Origin: a virus
Lineage: Duplodnaviria; Caudoviricetes
Virus record (IMG/VR): IMGVR_UViG_3300028048_000038
Coordinates: 320,001 to 384,000 of that record
Reading direction: 5' to 3' (one strand)
DNA length: 64,000 bases
Shown here: piece after piece, positions 48,868 through 57,284 of the stretch
Position numbering within the stretch: position 1 is the first letter of the stretch
Layout: each line of letters starts with the position of its first letter
The notes under the pieces: generated by a model
What the model was told of the DNA's origin: nothing
Databases searched by the model: none
Seen by the model: the letters and a program-made list of their open reading frames with translations, nothing else
Program-made: the position numbers and the translations under genes

Positions 48868-50531
48868 AAACGATTTAAAGCCTCTGCAATTGCGTTGTCA
48901 ATTGCTTGTGGGTCGATTTCGAATGGAGCACCATCACCAATCTTCTCACCGTAAGGAGTGTCATTCTTAACTGAATCGTCATTCATATCATAGTAACCTG
49001 GGAATTCCTTCATATCCTTTGGAGGTAAATCCATAACTACTTTCTGATATGCTGGGTGTTTACCAAAATCATCCAACTTGTTCATATTACCACTTGGAAC
49101 ACGACCTGCATCCTTGAATGGGGTCATACCTTCCTCGTTTACTTTCTGCTTGCCCATAGCTTTTCTATATGCAGCAGTTTCATAAATCTGAACACCGTTG
49201 TTTCTTTGTTTGCTTTCCATTGGCATTTCGTCATCGATTGGTTCTTCACCACCGAAGTCATCACCTTCACCCTCGTCACCGAAGATATCATCGTCTCCAT
49301 AAGCGCTAGCGTCTACACTTGGTTCACTAATACCCAACTTGTCAGCAATCTGTGAAAGGAGCTCTTCCATTGCACTAAGACGTGATTCAACATCATCCTC
49401 ATATACATCTTCTCCTTCGTCACCAATTGGCTCTTCACCGCCAAGGTCATCACCAAGTTCGTCATCAATTGGTTCGTCTTCAGCGTCTAAATCGTCACCG
49501 AGTTCATCACCCATTGGCTCACCTTCACCCTCTTCAGGAGCTGGAGCACCATCAACATCCTCGCCACCGAAGTCATCGAAAGCCTCGTCAATCTGTTTGC
49601 CCTTCTCACCATCGAAAGGTTTGTTGTTATCATCAGATGGTCCTTCACCAACGCCTACTTCTGGTTTGTTCTGGTCATCGGTATCATGCATAGAAGTACC
49701 ATGATTCTCAACAACACCATTCTTCATTTCACCAGTATTAGTTACCTTCTTGTCACCATCGTCAATATTACGTGCCTCTGGACCGTCAAAAGGTGCGCTA
49801 TCACCAATCTCAGTACCATGAGACTTATCCATGTAGTCATCGTTACCACGATTCCAACCAAGAACCTCTTCCTCATTTACAGTCTCGCACTGACATGGGT
49901 TTTTGCCACATTTAGGACAAGTCTTATCCTCAGTCATGCTAGTTGGAATCTCTGCGTTTGTATATCCAGCGTTTGCAGAAGCCGCATCACCGCATTCTTC
50001 TACACTGCTAGAGATATTGTCCTTCTGTGAATTCTTGATGTCCTTATCACAGATGCCATTTGCACACTCTTTCTTACCCTCTGCAATCTTCATTGCATTT
50101 TCCATGATTTGACGTGAACGATTGATTTCGTTTCTCATCTTATCAGTTGCCTCAACTACAACAGTCTCTTTCTTGTCCAAATCCCAAGAACTGATGTTAT
50201 AGTCTTGTTTGTTTGCAGCCTCTTTAAGAGACATCATCTTCATATCGAAGTTCTTCTGTGCGTCAGCAAAAGAATCATATTGATAATCCTTTCTGTTTCT
50301 GAAACCACCAATGTAGTTGAAATCTTCTTTTACAAGATTCTGTTTGTTAGAAGCAGACTTGATGTAATATTTAGTACCCTCACGTACAATACCATATACA
50401 TTACCATCAGCACCAAGCTTCTGGTTCTCTACTGAACTGTATGGAGCTTTCTTACTCTCAGTTTGAAGACCATATCCCATCAAAGCCTTCATTCTAGCAA
50501 TCTGCTCATTTGTATTCATTTTATTATCCAT
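48849..50531 (-). CDS. acidic scaffold-like head protein (560 aa)
   Basis: Acidic low-complexity sequence with many xxE sites, motifs shared with the scaffold, and a late motif at 50569-50577. Confidence 0.65.
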   Translation of the reverse strand: MDNKMNTNEQIARMKALMGYGLQTESKKAPYSSVENQKLGADGNVYGIVREGTKYYIKSASNKQNLVKEDFNYIGGFRNRKDYQYDSFADAQKNFDMKMMSLKEAANKQDYNISSWDLDKKETVVVEATDKMRNEINRSRQIMENAMKIAEGKKECANGICDKDIKNSQKDNISSSVEECGDAASANAGYTNAEIPTSMTEDKTCPKCGKNPCQCETVNEEEVLGWNRGNDDYMDKSHGTEIGDSAPFDGPEARNIDDGDKKVTNTGEMKNGVVENHGTSMHDTDDQNKPEVGVGEGPSDDNNKPFDGEKGKQIDEAFDDFGGEDVDGAPAPEEGEGEPMGDELGDDLDAEDEPIDDELGDDLGGEEPIGDEGEDVYEDDVESRLSAMEELLSQIADKLGISEPSVDASAYGDDDIFGDEGEGDDFGGEEPIDDEMPMESKQRNNGVQIYETAAYRKAMGKQKVNEEGMTPFKDAGRVPSGNMNKLDDFGKHPAYQKVVMDLPPKDMKEFPGYYDMNDDSVKNDTPYGEKIGDGAPFEIDPQAIDNAIAEALNRLKKNIN

Positions 50532-50600
50532 ATTAATATGTATTAATTTTTTTCAAACTTATTTTTATTATAAATATTTCATATTATCAAAAAATATCAA

Positions 50601-52778
50601 TTATTGGTATTGATACTGAGTTTGTTGTGGCATTGTACTAAAATTATCATCTACCGTACCCATTTGATTATCTTTTCCTCTTGTATCGAAATTGACTTGT
50701 TTAATATTTGGTGTGAACTTATCCAATGCCCTTATATAGAGAACACTCTTAGGTTTCATTTCAATGCTATCCCATTGTATGCAAATGCAGTAGTTATATC
50801 CAATCAACTGTGATAACACCTTATCATAATAACATTTATACAACTTACCATTTTCCTTTGATTGCATTAACTTACCATAATTAGAAACAAAGTCCTTGAG
50901 TGCCTTTCTTTCAGCATCCCAACGTTTCTTATATGGATTATGTTCACTGTTTCCATCACCAACCCATTCCTCATTTAATAAGGTAATAGCATTAGAATAC
51001 TTTCTGATTGATTCTGCAACATTTCCTACCAATTTAATAGTTTCACCATCAAAATATCTTACAACATCATTTATCACTCTTCTTGGGTTAGCTCCATCCC
51101 ATTCAGCATACTCGTATGAATTATCTCCATCACCAATCTCTACAGTTACATTACCCTTACTATATTGAATTAACCTTAACATTGGGTTAACTTGTTCCCT
51201 AGTAGGTTTCTTGAAGAGATTTATAGAACTCCAAGTGTTTGAACAATGGATTCTTATTGCACCCATTCTAATGAAGTCTGCCATATTGATGTTTAGACCG
51301 CTTTTAGTAGTCATATCGGCATCCCAATTAAGGTTTCCAATGTCTCTGTGGTCAACACCCCTTCTACCTCTAAGATGAGAGGTATCAGTATTTCCAGTTA
51401 CCATATGTCTTCCACTGAAGTCAAGCATACTACCATCTGGAAGTATATAACCACATTCCCTTATATCATTGGTGACACCGAATCTCTCTTTAGCCAACGC
51501 AAACACATCAACATTGTTATTACTCTCTACTGATTCAGTTATTGAATTGTTTCTATCATAAACAGTTGAGAACAATTTGAACAACTTATCAAGATATTGT
51601 GTCCTACGTAGAATCTTATAGACGATATTTCCAGCTCCACTCTCGCCATTGCTCTCAAGGCTTGACTTTCTCATTGCCTTAACCTTCTTCCAAAGATACT
51701 GAGCATCGTCACCGATTGTCTCAATCTTATGTGAATCGTCTGTAGCATTAAGAGCATTATACATGTCATCAATGATTGTCATGATTTCTGCTGCCTTATC
51801 CTTGATTGAGAACTTGTCAAGACCAATTGGTTTTATGCTGCCCATATCTGGTTTCTTAACCCAATCATTTTCCTCAAGGTCGTATATACCACCACTCTGA
51901 GGCATTTCACCTAGATTCTGAACATATAATTCAACTGGGAATCCCAATATCGTCAAGTCGCTATGTTCGTTGTTCCATTCATTCTTCTTGGCATCAAGAT
52001 AATCACGAACAAATTCTGTCTTCTCATCAATCTCATCGAAATCAACAATAAGGTGAAGGTCGATGTCAGAATACTTAGACCAATTGAAATTGCAGATTGA
52101 GCCAGTTAAGATAATTCCACTTGGTTTAACCCAAGTTAAATTAACAAATTCCCAAAAATCGTCTGCAATATCCAATAATCTTAGTCTAACTCTAGAATCC
52201 AAAGTATTATCATCTACCCATATTGGCGCTAATTCACTCTTTTTCTTAAAGGATGAAAGGTCAATATCAGAAGAATCTACCTCAAAATCAAGATTTTCAA
52301 TTATGTTCTTGATTTGGCTTTCATTGACAATAACACTTTTATTATTTTTCTTTGATTCATATTTATCCAAATTAACTATGACTGGTTTGTTGTTTTTATC
52401 AATCTTCAACCATTTGTAGTACTTATATGCCATACTTCTTTTTTCAAAATAACGTGGCATAATGTTAATATCAATAAGGTTGATTACTGCCCAGTTGCTC
52501 CATTCATTTGGTCTCAGTTTCTTTGCTCTATATATGAATTCTTGTGGTATTTTAGAATAATTTACACTTGTTTCTTCTACTGTGTGGCAATAATTACCTC
52601 CAATTGGTGGATTATTGCTTTCTTGTCCAAGTTCAAATTCATCAACCTCTGCTGAAACTTCTTCAACATTATGGGAAACACCATTATGGCTGACATCATC
52701 CATGCCAACCATAATTTCATTTATTCTATCCTTTAAAGTTAATAATCTATTCTCTCCGAATGTAATAGTTTTTCCCAT
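50601..52778 (-). CDS. multidomain protein with Pol-beta-type nucleotidyltransferase domain
   Basis: IILTGSICNFNWSKYSDIDLHLIVD..PVELYVQ fits hG[GS]x9-13DxD; second domain ECGYILPDGSMLDFSG..DHRDI; xxE linkers between modules. Confidence 0.7.
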   Translation of the reverse strand: MGKTITFGENRLLTLKDRINEIMVGMDDVSHNGVSHNVEEVSAEVDEFELGQESNNPPIGGNYCHTVEETSVNYSKIPQEFIYRAKKLRPNEWSNWAVINLIDINIMPRYFEKRSMAYKYYKWLKIDKNNKPVIVNLDKYESKKNNKSVIVNESQIKNIIENLDFEVDSSDIDLSSFKKKSELAPIWVDDNTLDSRVRLRLLDIADDFWEFVNLTWVKPSGIILTGSICNFNWSKYSDIDLHLIVDFDEIDEKTEFVRDYLDAKKNEWNNEHSDLTILGFPVELYVQNLGEMPQSGGIYDLEENDWVKKPDMGSIKPIGLDKFSIKDKAAEIMTIIDDMYNALNATDDSHKIETIGDDAQYLWKKVKAMRKSSLESNGESGAGNIVYKILRRTQYLDKLFKLFSTVYDRNNSITESVESNNNVDVFALAKERFGVTNDIRECGYILPDGSMLDFSGRHMVTGNTDTSHLRGRRGVDHRDIGNLNWDADMTTKSGLNINMADFIRMGAIRIHCSNTWSSINLFKKPTREQVNPMLRLIQYSKGNVTVEIGDGDNSYEYAEWDGANPRRVINDVVRYFDGETIKLVGNVAESIRKYSNAITLLNEEWVGDGNSEHNPYKKRWDAERKALKDFVSNYGKLMQSKENGKLYKCYYDKVLSQLIGYNYCICIQWDSIEMKPKSVLYIRALDKFTPNIKQVNFDTRGKDNQMGTVDDNFSTMPQQTQYQYQ

Positions 52779-52797
52779 CGAAACATTAAATGTGATA

Positions 52798-53115
52798 TTA
52801 TCCGTTATCTACAACTTCGCCAGCGCCAGTCTCACGACTACAATCGCAAATGCCTTGTCTAAGGTCTGTATACTTAGCACCACTCTCTGAGATAAATGAT
52901 ACAGTTTCAATATACTTGTTATCCTTCTCAGTTGGAATTGGAGCATCGTGCCCAATAGGTCCATCGTTATAAGCAAGGGTCTCCATACCACGAGTGGTCA
53001 TTTTTCCATTTTCACTGAGTGTTTCGTTATAGTTTTCAACATCAACGTAAAGAAGTGGGTTATCTGTATCATAACCATATCCTTCATACATATAATCCAA
53101 AATATTACTGTTCAT
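52798..53115 (-). CDS. hypothetical protein (start revised to 53115)
   Basis: MNSNILDYMYE; late motif at 53148-53156. Confidence 0.55.
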   Translation of the reverse strand: MNSNILDYMYEGYGYDTDNPLLYVDVENYNETLSENGKMTTRGMETLAYNDGPIGHDAPIPTEKDNKYIETVSFISESGAKYTDLRQGICDCSRETGAGEVVDNG

Positions 53116-53185
53116 ATTTTTTCTTTTATTTTTATAAATTATTTCTCTATAAATATTTGGTAATAACAAAAAAAAGGTACTGAAA

Positions 53186-54373
53186 TCAATCAGCACCTTC
53201 ATAATGAAGCACAAAATCAGATAATTTCTCCAAATCATCATTTAACACCATCACTGCAATATCTCTATCACGATTATATGGTATATAGCATTTTCTTGGA
53301 TTTTTAGTGACAACCTCTTTTCCTTTTACCATTTCCAAGACAAATTCTACTAATTTTTTCCACTTGACGAAAATCACCTTCTTCATCGCTCTAAACGCAA
53401 TATAATCAGCCTTAACGTAGAATCTATCTTCACGTCCTTGCTTATCTACCAAACGAACCCAATGGATTGTATCGTCATATCCATCATCAAATCTCCATAC
53501 TTTGTTTAGTCCCTTAACATCAATGCCGAATTTATTTCCATCAAGGGTATTCCACCAAAAGTCAATATGGTCTTTATAATCTTCATCCCTAGAAGCCCTT
53601 TTAACACTGCCACCCATCTGGCTTGATAGCAATTCCATTATAAGCTCTTCATCAGATTTTCCATCTTTAAGACACTTCTCTTTTTGGGCTTTGATATTTG
53701 TTGAGATTTTACCTTCATTTGCCGTAACTATTCCATGATATTCAGATAAGTCGATATAGATTTGTTTTTTCAATAATATATTAATTGGTCTTTCAGCGTA
53801 TTTCTCGCTATATCTGAATGATATCCCATTCACAAATTCCGATGTCTTCACACATCCCCTTTCCCTGATAGCCTCATCTTGTCTCGCAAGCATGTCTAAA
53901 GTCCAACCCTTACTCTCAAGAAAATCAGCAATCTTTTGCCTAGATACAAGACACCATTCAAATTCTTTAATATTGTCCCTTGTTATCGAATCTGTATTAT
54001 ATCGTCTTTTCTCCTTATTATACTCTATATCTGCTTTTAATATCCATCCAAAGAGATAGTATTGTGTTGACTTTGAACTATCTAGAAACCATCCACAAAC
54101 TTTAGTACCCCTTTTGGATATGAATGACAATTCCAATGCAAAACTATCAAGGTTTGTATTAGCGTATCTAGCAGCCACCTTCTCATCCACAATAACCCTA
54201 TCTATTTTCTTGTCATGCAAGCTTAAAATAAGGTCAGAGCCTCTCATTTGCTCGTCATAGCCATCAGTTCTAGCAAACTCAGTAAAAATCTCCTTATTCG
54301 AATATAAATGTTCATCTAGGAATGCTGCAATCTCACGTTCAACAGCCATATCATATTTTCTATTACTCTCCAT
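53186..54373 (-). CDS. protein with two tandem PD-(D/E)XK-like nuclease domains
   Basis: QMRGSDLIL..VDEK..ALEL in the N-half; DYKDHIDFW..GIDVK..ADYIAF in the C-half. Confidence 0.55.
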   Translation of the reverse strand: MESNRKYDMAVEREIAAFLDEHLYSNKEIFTEFARTDGYDEQMRGSDLILSLHDKKIDRVIVDEKVAARYANTNLDSFALELSFISKRGTKVCGWFLDSSKSTQYYLFGWILKADIEYNKEKRRYNTDSITRDNIKEFEWCLVSRQKIADFLESKGWTLDMLARQDEAIRERGCVKTSEFVNGISFRYSEKYAERPINILLKKQIYIDLSEYHGIVTANEGKISTNIKAQKEKCLKDGKSDEELIMELLSSQMGGSVKRASRDEDYKDHIDFWWNTLDGNKFGIDVKGLNKVWRFDDGYDDTIHWVRLVDKQGREDRFYVKADYIAFRAMKKVIFVKWKKLVEFVLEMVKGKEVVTKNPRKCYIPYNRDRDIAVMVLNDDLEKLSDFVLHYEGAD

Positions 54374-55617
54374 TAACCGACTAATAATGGTGCTTTGATT
54401 ATTGGGTCTGGCTCATAATCAATTATTTTAAAGTCTTCATATTTGAAATCTTCAATTGTTTTTTGATTTCCTTCTATTATCAATTGTGGTATCTTATCAG
54501 AACCTTTTCTAGATAATTGTTCGTTAACAGCATCAAAATGTGCCTCATATATATGACAATCTCCAAGTGAAGCTATTAACTCGTCTGGTATCATATTTAC
54601 TAATTTAGCTATCATGTGAGTTAGAATGGTATACGAAACCGTATTAAATGGTTGCCCTAAAAACTCGTCATTACTACGCATGCTATACATGCAACTCAGC
54701 CCATACTTGGGAATATCTGCAATATCATAATTACTGCCATCGTTAGGCATTGATATGTCTGCGCCATCCTTTGTATTCTTGGAATATTCTTTGAGCCAAT
54801 CGTAATACTTCTTTGGTATTTGGCATTTCATATATCTTTCGTTGAAAATCTTCATTCTCTCAACATTTGATAATTCCCTTGTATAGAATTGCATCATAAC
54901 ATGGCAAGGAGGTAATGCCATATCTTCAATTTGGTCTGGATTAAATGCCACACATAACATTCTCCTATCATTTGGATTTGTTTTCAATGTGTCAATAATA
55001 TTCTTGATTTGGTCTACATGATTACTTCCAAATGCTCTCCATTGCGTTCCATATACAGGACCTAAGTCACCAAATCTATATCTCGACATGAATGGTCCCT
55101 TTATTTCAACCTTCTGTAAGGTTAAGTCCAAGAACTCCTCCTTTGTAATGTTCTTAAGCCATTCGTCATCGTTTTGTCTAAGTTCATTCTCAATCCAATA
55201 TTCGAATATTGGTTGTCTACCCATCTCATCATCATTGGTACATACAAGATATTCTTTTGGAAATATACGCTTAACTTGATAACTGTTATTTGCTGTTTTA
55301 ATAAATCTACCACATATATTTGTTTTAAACCAACGATATGCATCATCGTCCCATATATGTACACCATTTCTAACAAGGTATTCAATATTCATACTACCAT
55401 GAGAGTTATATGGTCTTTGTAAGAACCAAAGTAATTCATGAATAACCCCTTTGGTAAACACTTTCTTGGTCGTTAAAATTGGAAATCCTTCCTTAAGATT
55501 AAATCTCAGTTGTCTCCCAAATACGGACTTAACACGTCCAGCTCTAGTGTCCTTTTCAACACCATTCTCCATTATATCTCGTAATAAAGATAGATATTGT
55601 TCGTCTGCTTTTGTCAT
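54373..55617 (-). CDS. thyA: thymidylate synthase with insertions
   Basis: FPILTTKK, ELLWFL, IWD, LGPVYG.QWR, LPPCH, RSND.FLG.PFN, GDCHIY..H. Confidence 0.95.
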   Translation of the reverse strand: MTKADEQYLSLLRDIMENGVEKDTRAGRVKSVFGRQLRFNLKEGFPILTTKKVFTKGVIHELLWFLQRPYNSHGSMNIEYLVRNGVHIWDDDAYRWFKTNICGRFIKTANNSYQVKRIFPKEYLVCTNDDEMGRQPIFEYWIENELRQNDDEWLKNITKEEFLDLTLQKVEIKGPFMSRYRFGDLGPVYGTQWRAFGSNHVDQIKNIIDTLKTNPNDRRMLCVAFNPDQIEDMALPPCHVMMQFYTRELSNVERMKIFNERYMKCQIPKKYYDWLKEYSKNTKDGADISMPNDGSNYDIADIPKYGLSCMYSMRSNDEFLGQPFNTVSYTILTHMIAKLVNMIPDELIASLGDCHIYEAHFDAVNEQLSRKGSDKIPQLIIEGNQKTIEDFKYEDFKIIDYEPDPIIKAPLLVG

Positions 55618-55758
55618 TTATTCTGAGTATTTAGGTTGGCAAATCTCTTGTTGTGCAAGTACCATTAGTTTATCAAGTTCCTTCATTTCCCTTTTCATTC
55701 TCTTCATAATGCTTCTAGCTTCATGAAGATTTCTCCATTCTCTAGTAATATTACGCAT
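55618..55758 (-). CDS. small hypothetical protein (46 aa, not in ORF track)
   Basis: MRNITREWRNLHEARSIMKRMKREMKELDKLMVLAQQEICQPKYSE exactly fills the gap between its neighbours. Confidence 0.55.
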   Translation of the reverse strand: MRNITREWRNLHEARSIMKRMKREMKELDKLMVLAQQEICQPKYSE

Positions 55759-56224
55759 TGTTTAAACCATTGATATAACTCATTATTGTTGGCTCATTGC
55801 CAATGAATTCACCTTGCTTATTAAGTTTATGTTTATAACAGTTAGGTGATTCGTCATCGTCTATTTCATTGACCCATTCTTCAAAATTCTTATCAAGTTT
55901 TCTAATCACATCAGGCTTCGTCCTCTTTCTAACTTGGTTTTCAATGAATTCATTTCTCCTTTCAACAGAAGGATAGAATATATCATAATCAACATTATGT
56001 TCATTGAACATTTCCCTTACATTCTTTGAAGATGGTATGAATACAATGTCGTAGTCATCGACAACAGACATAACCTTATTATAACATTCTTCCAATAAAT
56101 CTTGATTTGATGAGTCATTAATGCCCATTTCATCAGCCATATCGAATATCTTAGCTTTCTTGCCGTATATGTTCTTAAGATATTCTCGACCACATCCTAT
56201 AAAACTACTTATTATTATCCCCAT
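55751..56224 (-). CDS. hypothetical protein, degenerate P-loop kinase-like
   Basis: IISSFIGCGREYL resembles a GxGKT loop lacking the Lys. Confidence 0.45.
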   Translation of the reverse strand: MGIIISSFIGCGREYLKNIYGKKAKIFDMADEMGINDSSNQDLLEECYNKVMSVVDDYDIVFIPSSKNVREMFNEHNVDYDIFYPSVERRNEFIENQVRKRTKPDVIRKLDKNFEEWVNEIDDDESPNCYKHKLNKQGEFIGNEPTIMSYINGLNNA

Positions 56225-56501
56225 CGTTTAAATGCAATTTTTCGTCTCTTAATCTTATTAGTTTTCTATCTAGCTCTTTCTCATAATCATCGAAACCAAG
56301 AATATATGCCATTTGTTCACACATAATTGTGACATCAGCCAATTCTGTTAGAAGGTCTTCTGTTGTTGTTCTACCCCTATCGTCTCTTGCAAGGGCTGTA
56401 AGAAGCTCTCCAATCTCCTCATAAGCCATGTTCTTTTGTGCGCCAACACCCCATCTTGTTATGGCAGCATTATAAAGTTTCAAACGTTCACTTTTTTCCA
56501 T
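56205..56501 (-). CDS. MazG-like nucleotide pyrophosphohydrolase
   Basis: EEIGELLTAL ... TELADVTI (ExxE..ExxD). Confidence 0.75.
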   Translation of the reverse strand: MEKSERLKLYNAAITRWGVGAQKNMAYEEIGELLTALARDDRGRTTTEDLLTELADVTIMCEQMAYILGFDDYEKELDRKLIRLRDEKLHLNDGDNNK

Positions 56502-56688
56502 AATTTACTATAAATCCCAACATTATTGATATAAGAGCCAACACTAAAGGAATCCAAAATGGCATAAGAACATAAAACCAAGACCAATTAATGACGTTGG
56601 TTAGTTTGAAAACCACAAACACGGCTAGTACTGATTCCATTACAGTTCTAAATTCGTTACTATCCCTTATTCCGTAATTATTTCTCAT
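56488..56688 (-). CDS. small membrane protein
   Basis: VFVVFKLTNVINWSWFYVLMPFWIP hydrophobic pattern, common in phage small membrane proteins. Confidence 0.6.
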   Translation of the reverse strand: MRNNYGIRDSNEFRTVMESVLAVFVVFKLTNVINWSWFYVLMPFWIPLVLALISIMLGFIVNYGKK

Positions 56689-57175
56689 CTTCAAAACCCT
56701 TTCCTTCAGTGTATAATTGCTTACCAACTGCCTCAAGAGCAGCACAAACGGCATCAAATGCCTCTGGGGTCAATTTCACCTCCCTATCACATATGACATT
56801 ATCCTTATTATCCTTTATGGTAAGTTTGCCACCTTCATAGAAGACAAAGATGCCGCCATCCATACGGAATCCCAATTCACCATCCAAGTTTGCAAGGTCA
56901 GCATTTTCAAGTTTTTTGTATTCGTATCCCTTTGCTTTAATATATTCGTTTAAAGCCTTTCCTTGGCTTGGTGCGTCTCTGAATAATAAGAAATCATTGA
57001 CATCTACATTATTGTATTCATACTGAGTGCCGTTCTTGAACACAACTCTTAATGTCTTTGGTTTGTTATCATAGTCAACGCATTCACTGTAACGTATGTT
57101 CGTGGATTCATACCATGTTCTAGAAACATCGTTACCATCTTTGTCCTTTGTGTATAAATCAAATATTTTTGCCAT
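56678..57175 (-). CDS. KTSC-domain protein
   Basis: STNI...YD..KTLRVVFKNGTQYEY.NV......F..APSQGKALN..IK; host-type promoter at 57192-57235. Confidence 0.8.
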   Translation of the reverse strand: MAKIFDLYTKDKDGNDVSRTWYESTNIRYSECVDYDNKPKTLRVVFKNGTQYEYNNVDVNDFLLFRDAPSQGKALNEYIKAKGYEYKKLENADLANLDGELGFRMDGGIFVFYEGGKLTIKDNKDNVICDREVKLTPEAFDAVCAALEAVGKQLYTEGKGFEDEK

Positions 57176-57284
57176 AACTTTAACGTATTTTTGCAAAGAT
57201 ATTAAAAAAATGTTAAAATTCCAAATTATTGCTATTGAATTTTCATCAAAAAATCATTATTATTTAAATATAAAATTGAGAATT

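Noticed and set aside
54373-55617. dCMP hydroxymethylase or DNA hypermodification enzyme
   Set aside because: The PFN asparagine typical of dUMP-specific ThyA is retained, and no modification cluster is adjacent.
57096-57284. N-terminal extensions given by the ORF track (clpC from 57096; also 6275, 25160, 32460, 48337, 53241, 63037)
   Set aside because: They overlap promoters, terminators or neighbouring genes; downstream ATGs fit better.
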